From a virus, in the IMG/VR virus record IMGVR_UViG_3300007818_000003, positions 1 to 29,470 of that record: 29,470 nucleotides of DNA; one strand, given 5' to 3'. Both the position numbers and the translations under genes were made by a program. Positions 20,552-29,470 of this stretch are shown here, piece by piece (positions within the stretch are counted from its first letter, which is position 1; every line of letters starts with the position of its first letter). The notes beneath the pieces were generated by a model, which ran no database searches, had not been told where the DNA came from, and saw only the letters and a program-made list of their open reading frames with translations.

Positions 20552-22663
20552 TTATGCAGTGCGTTTCCAATAATATATTGTTGTTGAACCAATTACTGCT
20601 GAACCGATGTTTTCCCATTTGCCTGTAGAATATCCTGATGATAAACTTGAAGTATTTGAGACTACCGAGCCAACTGGGTGAGCTTGAGCATAGTCAATGC
20701 CTATAACCGCAGGCTTGAGTAAGCCAGTCGCCCTATCAATTGATACTAATCCCATTGGTAGCCAAGTGTAATCAGAACTTTTCTTATTAGGTTTAATGCT
20801 ATTACTAAAACCTACATACTTCGGATAATCTGCAACCGTGACTTCGTTAGCTGCTGGCATGTATGGAGTTGCAATACTACCTCGCTCAAGCTTGGGCGCT
20901 GCAAACTCATAGTACGCACCCTTTACTCTTGGCGGTGCTGTCGCTTCTACACGTAGAGCGGTGTACCATGGTTTATCTTGGTCGTGTTTAGCGCCATTAA
21001 ACTTAAAAGTAACTACTATTCGTGTCCACTGACCCTCTTTTAAGCTGGTTAGTTGCGCAACTGTATCCCCGTTTTTTGTAGTGGCTTCTGATATAAATTT
21101 GATAAAGGAATATGACATACCTGCGGGGTCTTCTCCAACTACTCTAAAGTAAACAGAATAGGTAAAATCGTCTGTGGTGTTAATGACACCGCGGTCTAAT
21201 AGGTCTTTATAGCTATATCTGACATTATCCCATTCGTGTGAAGTACGATATATTCTTGACCCCAGATAAGTTCCCCATTCCGGCGTCCAGGCTGTGTTTG
21301 CCGTATACCACGCCCCGCTTTTTACTTGGTTCTGAGAATCAAGAAATAAATTCAAATTAGGATAAACAGTCGTGAAACCGTCCGTACCGTCTGCGCTGTT
21401 GGCATAGGCAGTTGTGTTTATAACTCCGTCACTTGTTGACGTACCTCCATTTTCAATAGGAAGCACACCTGAAACTCCAATATTAGTTGCATCAGCAGTC
21501 CCGTCAAAGTATTGAAATGATGAGGATTGAAGATTTACTCTGAGTTTTCTAGGTGTTTCCAGTTTACTTGCACTAACAGCTTTTCCATTAAGTGGTAAAC
21601 TGTTCGCTTGTGCTTCGGTAGCCTTTGCCATTGCATTTTTGGCTTCACTTTCAGCTTTATTTGCTGTTTCTTGAGCAGTTGCGACATTTTTATTTGTGAT
21701 TGATAAATCTGATTGTTCAGCTTTTGTTGAAATTGCAATCCCTTGCCTGCTGACATCAGCTTGTAAGTTGTTCAAGTCTGTTTGATTGGCTTTTGTTGAA
21801 ATCGCAATACCTTGTTTATCAACGGTAGCTTGTAAGTTGTCTAAATCCGTTTGATTGGCTTTTGCTGAAATAGTCGCCGAATGGTCATTAACAGTATGCT
21901 GTAAACTTTCTAAATCAGTTTGATTAGCCTTAGGGGAGTAATCTCCGTTACTCATAAGAGAAATATTACTTGTTAAAACCTTTACCGAATTTATTAGTTC
22001 AACTACTTCTGATTCACTGGCGTTACTTGCGATTGCGTCTAATAGCGATTTTATAGTAACTAAATTTTCAGGACTAATACCAAATGCTTCTACTTCATTT
22101 TTAAGCTCTGTCATTGCACTTTGTAAGCTCGTCATATCAGCTAAATTTGCTTTAAGTTCAATATTGCTCTTGTTTGATTCAGTTTGAGCATGTAAGTCAT
22201 TCAACTCACTACGCATAACCTGTGGCATATTTTCCAATAATAATTTAGTAAAAGCATCAATCTTATTATTTACTTCTTGAGCTAAATCTGTAACTGTAGA
22301 ATTATCTGATATAAATGTTAAATTCTTACTGACGATAACTTGCTCTAAACTTTCGTTGAGAAGTATTAAGTTCGCTTCAATAACTCCAGTCGTTGTCATT
22401 TCGGTAGGAATTACCAAAATAAATTCTCCCTTAGCTAAGTCCTTAGGAGGAATCATAACAAAACCTGAATTACTGCTATTAGTATATTGATATGTAAGTT
22501 TTAACGAATGACCAGTTAAGTCAATTTCAGTTCCGTTATCAACTATTTTAATTAATACTGTTCTAGCATTGACATCGCCTTGCATCGCTTGTATTGGTTG
22601 GGGGAAATCTTTATTAACTGTATCCCATATAATCGTTCTATTTCTAAAATTATCTAAACTCAT
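20552..22663 (-). CDS. Neck passage structure / collar-whisker protein (703 aa) with coiled-coil repeats and a C-terminal beta-sandwich (CBM-like) region
   Basis: Optional 936-group gene located between the connector genes and mtp. Heptad-rich centre with three 23-aa KANQTDL repeats. Trp/Tyr-rich C-terminal half. Confidence 0.75.
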   Translation of the reverse strand: MSLDNFRNRTIIWDTVNKDFPQPIQAMQGDVNARTVLIKIVDNGTEIDLTGHSLKLTYQYTNSSNSGFVMIPPKDLAKGEFILVIPTEMTTTGVIEANLILLNESLEQVIVSKNLTFISDNSTVTDLAQEVNNKIDAFTKLLLENMPQVMRSELNDLHAQTESNKSNIELKANLADMTSLQSAMTELKNEVEAFGISPENLVTIKSLLDAIASNASESEVVELINSVKVLTSNISLMSNGDYSPKANQTDLESLQHTVNDHSATISAKANQTDLDNLQATVDKQGIAISTKANQTDLNNLQADVSRQGIAISTKAEQSDLSITNKNVATAQETANKAESEAKNAMAKATEAQANSLPLNGKAVSASKLETPRKLRVNLQSSSFQYFDGTADATNIGVSGVLPIENGGTSTSDGVINTTAYANSADGTDGFTTVYPNLNLFLDSQNQVKSGAWYTANTAWTPEWGTYLGSRIYRTSHEWDNVRYSYKDLLDRGVINTTDDFTYSVYFRVVGEDPAGMSYSFIKFISEATTKNGDTVAQLTSLKEGQWTRIVVTFKFNGAKHDQDKPWYTALRVEATAPPRVKGAYYEFAAPKLERGSIATPYMPAANEVTVADYPKYVGFSNSIKPNKKSSDYTWLPMGLVSIDRATGLLKPAVIGIDYAQAHPVGSVVSNTSSLSSGYSTGKWENIGSAVIGSTTIYYWKRTA
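21704..21931 (-). repeat. 3.3 tandem 69-bp (23-aa) repeats KANQTDL.(S/N)LQ..V......I(S/A)(A/T)
   Basis: aa 245-320 of the NPS protein. The repetition is also visible at the DNA level (gattggcttttg(t/c)tgaaat...). Confidence 0.9.
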
Positions 22664-22719
22664 TAAAAAATACCATTATTGTTAATTTCAATCAAATGCA
22701 ATTAAGCTACTTTCTACTT

Positions 22720-23079
22720 TTATAATTTCATTGAATTAGCATAATTAGCGCCTTTTTTCAATGTTGTTTTAACGTCTTCCATACCTTTTTTTTCAACCAA
22801 GAAATACATACCATGATAACCACTAGTATAATTAGCTCTAGTCCCTGCATCAACTACTACTTTATCGCCTTTTTTAACTTGCTTTAAGTTTCTTGACAAT
22901 TCCCCAGTATTTTGATATCTGGCATAAGTATAGGTATGACCGTGACTTCTGATTAATCTAGTTCTTCGGCTTGCAGCATTTGCCTTAGCCTTAAACTCTG
23001 CTTCAAACCAATCGCCCATGCGTTCTGTTACTTTAGTTTGCATTTCTTTAGCTATGCTTGATGTATTAAGTAAATTCAT
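22720..23079 (-). CDS. 119-aa head-tail joining / tail-terminator-position protein
   Basis: Start refined to the ATG overlapping the upstream stop (ATGA). In frame with track ORF 22720-23106. Confidence 0.7.
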   Translation of the reverse strand: MNLLNTSSIAKEMQTKVTERMGDWFEAEFKAKANAASRRTRLIRSHGHTYTYARYQNTGELSRNLKQVKKGDKVVVDAGTRANYTSGYHGMYFLVEKKGMEDVKTTLKKGANYANSMKL

Positions 23080-23414
23080 TGCCATGCTTGACCGCCTGCA
23101 CCACAAGGCAAATAAACAGTACCAGTATAATTGTACAAATGGCTATTCTCTGACCAGTTCGTCATATTCCAACCGTTTCGCAAAACATCTCCGACTAGTC
23201 CTACAAGTTCATCGTCAACATCTTTAACAGATAAAACAACTTGATAATAGTAACCCATGACAAAGCTCGTATTATCCATTTTAAGTACCTTTGAGTCACT
23301 AAGTGACAAATATACCGTCTTGTCTTCTATCGTGTCCTTGACGCCTAAAATAACGTCATTTAGAGGCATTGTAAGTAAATTGTTGTACCAATCTATATAA
23401 GAATCAAATTCCAT
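23076..23414 (-). CDS. 112-aa head-tail connector-region protein
   Basis: Synteny: third of four small genes between the capsid and tail genes. Confidence 0.7.
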   Translation of the reverse strand: MEFDSYIDWYNNLLTMPLNDVILGVKDTIEDKTVYLSLSDSKVLKMDNTSFVMGYYYQVVLSVKDVDDELVGLVGDVLRNGWNMTNWSENSHLYNYTGTVYLPCGAGGQAWQ

Positions 23415-23718
23415 TGCTTACTACCCCCTCTAAAATCATCTTGTTATTCTTAGGGTTTCTTTCCCATGTTGTCCGCTTGAAAGTATCGCCTTTTTCGTCC
23501 AAGAAATAGTTGAAAATCAAGTCTTCCATTTCTCCGATTCCGTTAAGCTCGTATCTTACATTTTTACCTAGTCCAATCATAGAAAACTCGTCAAGCCTTA
23601 ACTGACTAATTCTCTGTTTAACTGCTGGTAAAACGATAGGCTTTATAACATTAGCTTCTGCACCGTTCTTCTTCTTAACAGTCGTTTCAACTTGCAATGT
23701 AACTTGTGAGAATATCAT
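23404..23718 (-). CDS. 104-aa head-closure-position protein
   Basis: Synteny. ATG abuts the upstream stop. Confidence 0.7.
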   Translation of the reverse strand: MIFSQVTLQVETTVKKKNGAEANVIKPIVLPAVKQRISQLRLDEFSMIGLGKNVRYELNGIGEMEDLIFNYFLDEKGDTFKRTTWERNPKNNKMILEGVVSNGI

Positions 23719-23981
23719 TAAATACCTCCATAATACATTAACTCTTGTAAAGAAGCCAAACGTTTCATTTCAGCATTTCGCCATTGTTCTGCTGGTTCAT
23801 CAACAATATTAAGCCGACAATAACAAGAGATAAATTCTTTCACTAATACACTTGTTTCGTCAGCTTTAATACCATTTTTTTCTAGCAATTTAATAGCTAT
23901 TGAACGGAATAAGATAAGTTTACTATCATAAGCTGTTACTAAAATCGGAATACCACAATAGACTTTAATATAATCTATCAT
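23718..23981 (-). CDS. 87-aa head-tail adaptor-position protein
   Basis: First small gene after the capsid gene. Confidence 0.7.
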   Translation of the reverse strand: MIDYIKVYCGIPILVTAYDSKLILFRSIAIKLLEKNGIKADETSVLVKEFISCYCRLNIVDEPAEQWRNAEMKRLASLQELMYYGGI

Positions 23982-24001
23982 TTACTTCCTCCGTTTTATT
24001 C

Positions 24002-25183
24002 TTATGATACTGTAATTACTGCACCAGCATTATAAGTTTCAACATGTCCGCTTGTTAGTGTTTCAACCAAAATCATGTTGCTATTAGTTTTCCATTCAAA
24101 GGCATCAACTTTAGTAAGGTCTTGCATGTCAATGTGATATTTTTGGTCTACCAATACAGTAGGTTTGAGTGCTTTTGAACCTGTATAGACAATAATTTCA
24201 TCTACTCCAACTTCAGAAGCAATTTCAGCGTCATCATTTTTAATACGAACGTTAGCATTTGCAGTTGCTTGACGTAACTCATCTAACAAGGCTTTACGGT
24301 CTTCTGTTTTAACAATCAAATAACGACGTCCAGCAGTAGGGCGAACAAAGTCAACCGCTTCTTCAATAGCGTCAGCAAATGGAGTTTTGCCAGCTGATTT
24401 GGCTTTTGTAGTAATTTTTTTGATTTTTTTAGCGTCTGCTTCTTTGTCAATTGATTTAAAGCCGTTTGTTCCGTCTCCCTCAACAAGTGCAAGGTCAACA
24501 ATTTTGTTTACAATAGCTTGTGTAAGTTCTGCTACAATCAAGTTGTAAAGTTCAGAATATGACATTTGAAGTCGTTTAACGCGTTCAGCAAGTGATTGCA
24601 ATTTGTAAACCATTACAGGTTCAAGAGTATCAATAGTGAGTGTGGCTGCCTGCTCTGTTTTTGTTTGTCCGTCTTTGTGGACTTGTGCTTCATTTGATGA
24701 ATCAAAAGAGCGTGATACGAGCAAAGCACCGACATTTGTAACATGGAAGACTTTGAATACTGGGTTAGTATTTAGCAAAGCTGTGTTGATTGATTCAACC
24801 AATTTACGTGGAAGTTGGAAAGTTGTATCTGTGATAGTTACACCATTTTCAGCAAGTTTTGCGTTCCAAGCGTTTTTAATTTCTGACTTTCCAGAGTTCT
24901 TTTTCAATACATCAAAAAATTCTGTTACAGCGTTTTGTGATTCAATAAAGTTTGTCATTTTAGCTTTTCCTTTTGGTTTTTCTTCCTGTGCGTTAAGTTC
25001 GTTCTCAATTTTGATAATTTCAATTGAATTTTCTGAAAGTGTTTTTTCCAATTCTTGTACTTTAGGCAAGTCTTCAATTGCATTTTTTACTTCAAAGCCA
25101 CTAATTTTAGATTTTAAAGATACGTTATTTTCTTTAAGTTCTGCCAAGCGGTTCTGTTTTTCGATTAAATCAGGTTTATTCAT
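24002..25183 (-). CDS. Major capsid protein (HK97 fold) with an N-terminal coiled-coil scaffold-like (delta) domain
   Basis: No separate scaffold gene between protease and capsid. The first ~90 aa are coiled coil. Start refined to MNKPDLIEKQ, overlapping the protease stop. Confidence 0.88.
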   Translation of the reverse strand: MNKPDLIEKQNRLAELKENNVSLKSKISGFEVKNAIEDLPKVQELEKTLSENSIEIIKIENELNAQEEKPKGKAKMTNFIESQNAVTEFFDVLKKNSGKSEIKNAWNAKLAENGVTITDTTFQLPRKLVESINTALLNTNPVFKVFHVTNVGALLVSRSFDSSNEAQVHKDGQTKTEQAATLTIDTLEPVMVYKLQSLAERVKRLQMSYSELYNLIVAELTQAIVNKIVDLALVEGDGTNGFKSIDKEADAKKIKKITTKAKSAGKTPFADAIEEAVDFVRPTAGRRYLIVKTEDRKALLDELRQATANANVRIKNDDAEIASEVGVDEIIVYTGSKALKPTVLVDQKYHIDMQDLTKVDAFEWKTNSNMILVETLTSGHVETYNAGAVITVS

Positions 25184-25712
25184 ATTTCTTTTTAATATCC
25201 TCAATTTCTTTCAAAGCGTTACGGCTTTCAATAATTTTGTTGCGTTCTTCTGTGAGTTCTTCGCCTAAGGCATTTTGAATAAATTTTGCGTTAGGGTCTG
25301 CTGGTACTGAAACAAGAGAAATCTCTTTAAATTGTGCTTTGTTTACAACTAGAGCGTCATTATCATCAAAAGTATAATCTGTGATGTAATAGGCAATTGA
25401 TAGTGAATCAAACGCTCCGTTTTCAACAGCCTTGTTAATGTTTGGTGCATTGTCATAAAGCGTAAAGTCAGTCAGGTATTTATTAGAAGCCAAATCATAG
25501 TAAACTTTTGCGTCCCCGATGACTTCGCTAGATCCAGTACCATGTTCATATAGCAATGGATATCGTTCTCTAGCAAACTCAATACAGTTAGGAGTCAAGA
25601 TAATACCATTAAGGTTCTCTACACCAACTTCTGACCCAATACCTTGGAACGACTTAGAACCGTCCTCGTTTTCAGTCACTTTAATTTCAGCACTATTGGT
25701 TATTAGTTTCAT
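25176..25712 (-). CDS. Prohead maturation protease (HK97/S78 family)
   Basis: 178 aa between the portal and capsid genes. PLLYEHG and ISLVSVPADPNA segments are typical of the family. Confidence 0.85.
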   Translation of the reverse strand: MKLITNSAEIKVTENEDGSKSFQGIGSEVGVENLNGIILTPNCIEFARERYPLLYEHGTGSSEVIGDAKVYYDLASNKYLTDFTLYDNAPNINKAVENGAFDSLSIAYYITDYTFDDNDALVVNKAQFKEISLVSVPADPNAKFIQNALGEELTEERNKIIESRNALKEIEDIKKKYE

Positions 25713-26829
25713 CTGTGCTTGTTACGTCCTTTCTACTGCCTTGTAGGTCACTTAGATTTTTAACAGCAACTGCATTAAGGTTAGTTAGGTAAATATCTCC
25801 ACCCTCGATTGGTTGCTCGCCCATTTTAACAAGAAGTTGATTCTGTGTAAAAATAGGAGCGTTAATATTTTCATGATACAAGTCAATTAATTCTTTCAAA
25901 GTTGCAAACTTGAATAGCTGGTTATCTACGATTATGCGTTCATAATATAAATTATCCTTATTTATTCGTCTGCGGCTTGTTGAAATCAGTTTATAAGTCA
26001 GTTCCTTTTCAAGTTGAATCAGTAAAGGAATGATAGTAGAGTTGTAAAAATAAATTTGTTGTTCTTGCGTAGCAGTACCAAGCAAAATATTTTCATTCAT
26101 AAAGTAACCTGTCAAAAGTTCCGATTTAATAAGGTCAATTTCATCTTTATTTAAAACAGAATAATCTTTTTTAAGTTCTACAATTTCCGTCTTGTTATCA
26201 ACTGGCGTCAAACCGTTGTAACTCGAACCCTCTTGCATATTCTTTATTGTTGTTAAGGCTTTTTCTCGATACTCCTGTGTATTATCAATGTCAAGAAAGG
26301 CATTAATTTTCAACAAGCCACGCAATTTACCTTGTTCCAGCTTAGTTTGAATACTAGCTAGAGCATTGTCTAAAATACTTGTATCCTCATTGATATAAAA
26401 AGGACTGATAAGCCTTACTAATTCTTCAGGTTTATATTCTTTTTCATCATTAGCAAGCAGTAAGTCTGCTAGATCGCCCGTTTCACTGTCAAATATAGGG
26501 TACAGGTCAACATAGCGTGTGCATAGCAACTTTTTAATTACTTTCTGCCAAAACTCCATGCTATTGTGTTCGCCCTTAGGGCTCCAATTGAGGACCTCAT
26601 CTAAATCAGAACCTGCCTTACTAATCAAAGTATCAGAACCAACATCAGACTTTTTATATTTAACATGATTAAATTCTACTTTTGTTATTTCATTAGCGAT
26701 TTTATTATGAATGTTAGTCACAAAGGCACTTGTATATTCTACCGCTTCGTTTTGCCACGCTGTGACTCTTTGAGTATCATTGTTTAGTTTTCCACGTGAA
26801 AATGATACCACTTTTCCGAATAAGTTCAA
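25693..26829 (-). CDS. Portal protein (378 aa)
   Basis: Position after TerL/HNH and before the protease. Size is typical of HK97-type portals. Confidence 0.88.
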   Translation of the reverse strand: MNLFGKVVSFSRGKLNNDTQRVTAWQNEAVEYTSAFVTNIHNKIANEITKVEFNHVKYKKSDVGSDTLISKAGSDLDEVLNWSPKGEHNSMEFWQKVIKKLLCTRYVDLYPIFDSETGDLADLLLANDEKEYKPEELVRLISPFYINEDTSILDNALASIQTKLEQGKLRGLLKINAFLDIDNTQEYREKALTTIKNMQEGSSYNGLTPVDNKTEIVELKKDYSVLNKDEIDLIKSELLTGYFMNENILLGTATQEQQIYFYNSTIIPLLIQLEKELTYKLISTSRRRINKDNLYYERIIVDNQLFKFATLKELIDLYHENINAPIFTQNQLLVKMGEQPIEGGDIYLTNLNAVAVKNLSDLQGSRKDVTSTDETNNQ

Positions 26830-26841
26830 TTTTTCCCCTTT

Positions 26842-27126
26842 CTACCATAAACTAACGCCTTTCCCTCGTTTATACTCGCCTGTTTTCTTGTTATGGCAAG
26901 ACTTACAAAGGAGTTGTAGGTTATCAGGGTTCAGCGCTATTTTCCAATCATCAAGATTTTCCCACGTTAGTTCAATAATATGGTCTACTTCGTATTTTTT
27001 AGCACCGAATGCGCCACATCTTACGCAAGTCATTTTGTCACGTTGTCTTACATAATCACGGACTGCCAACCATTCTTTTTTATTGTACCAGCCACTTTCT
27101 CGGACTGTGTCAACGTTATACTTCAT
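26842..27126 (-). CDS. HNH endonuclease (94 aa) adjacent to the terminase
   Basis: CVRCG...EVDHIIEL...[14 protein letters not shown] is an HNH motif flanked by two zinc-coordinating Cys pairs. Confidence 0.9.
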   Translation of the reverse strand: MKYNVDTVRESGWYNKKEWLAVRDYVRQRDKMTCVRCGAFGAKKYEVDHIIELTWENLDDWKIALNPDNLQLLCKSCHNKKTGEYKRGKGVSLW

Positions 27127-28738
27127 CTGACACCGCCATTTCTAAAGCCATTGTCAAAGCAACAGTAGGGTCAATTTTATCTTTTTCAAGTTTTTTAGTA
27201 TACATATAGTCCCCGCTTTGTCCGATTTTAACAGCAGTATTATTTAAAGCCCATTGCATAACTTTTTGGTTATGGATAAGTTTGTTTTCGACTAGCTTAG
27301 ATTTTAATAGTTTAATATAGTCATTCATTGAGAAACCTTGTCTAATTGCTCTTTGGTTATCTCCGTCTTTATCAAAGAAATAACGCTCAATCAAACCTTT
27401 TAAAATCTCATATCGTGCTGGGTCATAACCGATTTTTCTAAGTCTGCACCCTGTCTTAGTTCTAAAGTCATTAATATATGGTATTAAGTCATTTACATTA
27501 ATGTATTCCGTATCAAGTAAGATTAGTTCGCCTCTGTCAACAAATTCAGTCCATAGTTCTTGCTGTTCTGTGTCTAGTTGCTCATATTGCGAGCGTACAG
27601 AGAAAGTAAGTGTATGGCTGTAAGTTTTACCCTCTAACTCACAAACGAACGATACAGCGGTTAAATCGCCAATTAAGGATAGGTCAATTCCTACATAAGT
27701 TCTATTTTTATTAAATACAGATAAATTGAAGTCTGTTAGTTTAGTATCCTGTGGAGTAAAGTAGTAAGCTGTATCCTGCATAGGCAAGCCCATATTAAAC
27801 GCTAAGAACTTATTCTGTAACGCTGGATCTCCTTGCGCAAGCTCATACTCTTCAATAACTCCTGACCACTTAGGAACGTTACCAATAAGCGGTAAAGCCA
27901 TAGTCCAATTCTTCTTATCTTTGACCTGCTCATGATTTTCTAGCATGTAAAGCAAGCCGAACGACCTATCATTGTAAAATTCTTCTTCTGATTTGAAGCG
28001 TTCAACAAGTTTATCATATAAACCGTCTCGTTTAAGTCCGCCAGAAGTGATATAAATACTTTGCCAGTTATCTTGTTTTTGACGTGAACCTTTATTGACT
28101 GATTCTGTTATATCTTCGCCATAGGTATGAACTTCATCAAATATATTAAGTGAACTGTTACCACCTTGCGCCCTCAAAGTGTCATTTGTTTGCTTTTTGA
28201 AAGTGGTTTTAAAGGAAGTAAACTCTAGCCCTTGTTTTGTACTCTTGAAAATCTTGTTTTCATTGTACACTCTTAATGTATCACTTGCTTCCGTTTGATT
28301 CCTAACTTGGTCAAATACGTGTCTAGCCTGTGTATTATCATATGCAATAACTAAGCTCTCTCCACCATATTGTCCGCCTAAAATCATCCAGTTAAGCACG
28401 CGCGTAGCCATTAAACTAGACTTACCTGAACCACGGCCTAGATTAAGAAAAATTTCATTAACTAGGTTGACCTGAATTCCTTTTTCATCAATCATATCAT
28501 AGCCTAACATTAACTCATACCACCATTTTTGTGGCGGTAGTAGCTCGATTTTCATCAGGTTACCAGTAGTCAAATAGAAGTTGTCTTGTATCCATTCAAT
28601 AGCCTGTGTAACACGGTCATAGCGATAAATATACTTGTTGTGAATGCGTATTTGCTTCTGAATAGTCTTACGAATGTATTTATTAATAATAATGCCGTTT
28701 TCTTTGTTGTATTCCAACATTTTATTTAAATAATACAT
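27116..28738 (-). CDS. terL: Terminase large subunit (540 aa)
   Basis: Walker A-like NLGRGSGKS, Walker B-like LNIFDEVH, and a C-terminal nuclease half with IGIDLSL. Confidence 0.93.
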   Translation of the reverse strand: MYYLNKMLEYNKENGIIINKYIRKTIQKQIRIHNKYIYRYDRVTQAIEWIQDNFYLTTGNLMKIELLPPQKWWYELMLGYDMIDEKGIQVNLVNEIFLNLGRGSGKSSLMATRVLNWMILGGQYGGESLVIAYDNTQARHVFDQVRNQTEASDTLRVYNENKIFKSTKQGLEFTSFKTTFKKQTNDTLRAQGGNSSLNIFDEVHTYGEDITESVNKGSRQKQDNWQSIYITSGGLKRDGLYDKLVERFKSEEEFYNDRSFGLLYMLENHEQVKDKKNWTMALPLIGNVPKWSGVIEEYELAQGDPALQNKFLAFNMGLPMQDTAYYFTPQDTKLTDFNLSVFNKNRTYVGIDLSLIGDLTAVSFVCELEGKTYSHTLTFSVRSQYEQLDTEQQELWTEFVDRGELILLDTEYINVNDLIPYINDFRTKTGCRLRKIGYDPARYEILKGLIERYFFDKDGDNQRAIRQGFSMNDYIKLLKSKLVENKLIHNQKVMQWALNNTAVKIGQSGDYMYTKKLEKDKIDPTVALTMALEMAVSDEV

Positions 28739-29263
28739 TTATTCAAACCCTTTCGGAACTTCAATTTTTGGCGTTTCGTACTTACTTAGTTTATAGTCAT
28801 CAAGTTCTTCGATTTTAGCTTTAAGGTCATGAGCGCTTGATTCTTCTTGTTGCAATCTACGCCATTCAGTAGGGTTATAAAGTTCAGGGTTTCCAGCCTT
28901 AGCAACCATCATTGCTACTAAGCTATCTTTATCCAACTCTTTTTCTTTAACCTTTACTTTTTCGACGTTTCCGTCAGCGTCATATATTGTTTCTGTTTCT
29001 TTTAGCGTTCTGACCGTCAGTTTGCTCGCTAAGGCACTTTCAGCTAGTTCTAATAGATTTCCCCTAGCAATGCTTTTAGCTTCGTCATACGCCTTTATAT
29101 TGTCGTCTCGCCACTTTCTAAAAGTTTTAGCTGAACAATGCAAACTTGTGTAGATTTCTCTATCGTTACAGCCTGATTCAATTTTATCAATGATTTGACT
29201 AAAAAGCGGTTCTTCATACATCTTAGGTAAAATTGTGGGTCTGCCACCGTTTTGTGTTTGCAT
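28739..29263 (-). CDS. terS: Terminase small subunit (174 aa)
   Basis: First late gene, directly upstream of terL (the stop abuts the terL ATG). HTH-like N-terminus. Lies next to the cos region once the window is circularised. Confidence 0.85.
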   Translation of the reverse strand: MQTQNGGRPTILPKMYEEPLFSQIIDKIESGCNDREIYTSLHCSAKTFRKWRDDNIKAYDEAKSIARGNLLELAESALASKLTVRTLKETETIYDADGNVEKVKVKEKELDKDSLVAMMVAKAGNPELYNPTEWRRLQQEESSAHDLKAKIEELDDYKLSKYETPKIEVPKGFE

Positions 29264-29407
29264 ATTGTCCTTTCTTTTAAATGTGTTTATATCGTTTAAA
29301 GCCTATATTCTCGTTTCTAAGAACAGCAACAACTTTTGCTTATAAGTTTACCCGCTTGGGTAACTCTGCTCTCACAAGCCAAAATATGAGCATATAGCCC
29401 TATAATT

Positions 29408-29470
29408 AAGATTTAGCAAGATTTAGCAAGATTTAGCAAGATTTAGCAAGATTTAGCAAGATTTAGCAAG
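29408..29470. repeat. Second rendering of the AAGATTTAGC tandem array (6.3 copies, truncated by the window end)
   Basis: Identical to nt 11-73. Confidence 0.95.

Noticed and set aside
5179-24501. Same-strand alternative-frame ORFs or over-extended starts (5179 and 5474 starts, 5997 start, 6802-6990, 8491 start, 9105 start, 9909 start, 11271-11480, 12240-12449, 21535-21756, 23106 start, 24316-24501, 25204 start)
   Set aside because: They are either embedded out of frame in a better gene, or the upstream extension crosses a promoter -10 or the preceding gene. A downstream Met has an SD or an ATGA/TAATG coupling junction, so starts were refined instead.
16440-27209. Plus-strand track ORFs inside the late module (16440-16739, 17184-17567, 17664-17927, 18267-18515, 18525-18842, 19049-19393, 19793-20005, 23018-23227, 24636-25268, 25519-25746, 26780-27055, 26980-27168, 27009-27209; also 11864-12097 and 12763-12948)
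   Set aside because: All lie antisense within long, syntenic, well-supported minus-strand structural genes. They lack SD sequences and translate to low-complexity Ser/Leu/Phe-rich strings typical of antisense frames.
29264-29397. Hairpin ttaccc-aagc-gggtaa (minus strand, about 29346-29365) upstream of terS as a terminator
   Set aside because: The imperfect stem has a bulge and no following U-run. It is more likely a leader structure or protein-binding inverted repeat. The evidence is insufficient to call a feature.
1-29470. Lysogeny module (integrase, CI/Cro-type switch, attP), defence systems or CRISPR arrays
   Set aside because: No ORF has integrase or recombinase motifs or a repressor-like architecture. 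Gene content and order match strictly lytic 936-group phages.

Overview
The window is a complete, circularly permuted genome of a virulent Lactococcus 936-group (Skunavirus-type) cos siphophage. Nt 1-73 repeat nt 29398-29470, so the unique length is about 29.4 kb. There are three transcription blocks. (1) The late morphogenesis and lysis module is on the minus strand (29263 down to 11803): TerS, TerL, HNH, portal, prohead protease, capsid, four connector proteins, a 703-aa neck-passage/collar protein, major tail protein, two chaperone-position ORFs, tape measure, Dit, Tal, RBP, holin and amidase endolysin. (2) The early module is on the plus strand (about 1790 to 11725). It holds many tiny genes cut into units by near-consensus sigma-A promoters, and includes a RecA-fold ATPase, Sak3-type annealase, phage SSB and an SLT-domain protein. 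(3) A short middle operon is on the minus strand (1774 to 768) and contains a RuvC-like resolvase. It is followed by two tRNA genes, a tRNA remnant, the 936-type cos core and a perfect 10-bp tandem array just upstream of terS. No integrase or repressor module and no CRISPR array are present. Main points for follow-up: a roughly 1-kb coding-poor, promoter-driven island at the head of the early region (candidate ori or ncRNA); the tRNA / pseudo-tRNA / ORF-free spacer cluster; the 10-bp array beside cos; a split Dit gene plus further frame breaks at short homopolymers; a homing-endonuclease (NUMOD4) remnant fused onto the sak3 start; and an early-strand lytic-transglycosylase-like gene outside the lysis cassette. 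All family assignments come from reading motifs and synteny by eye; no database search was run.
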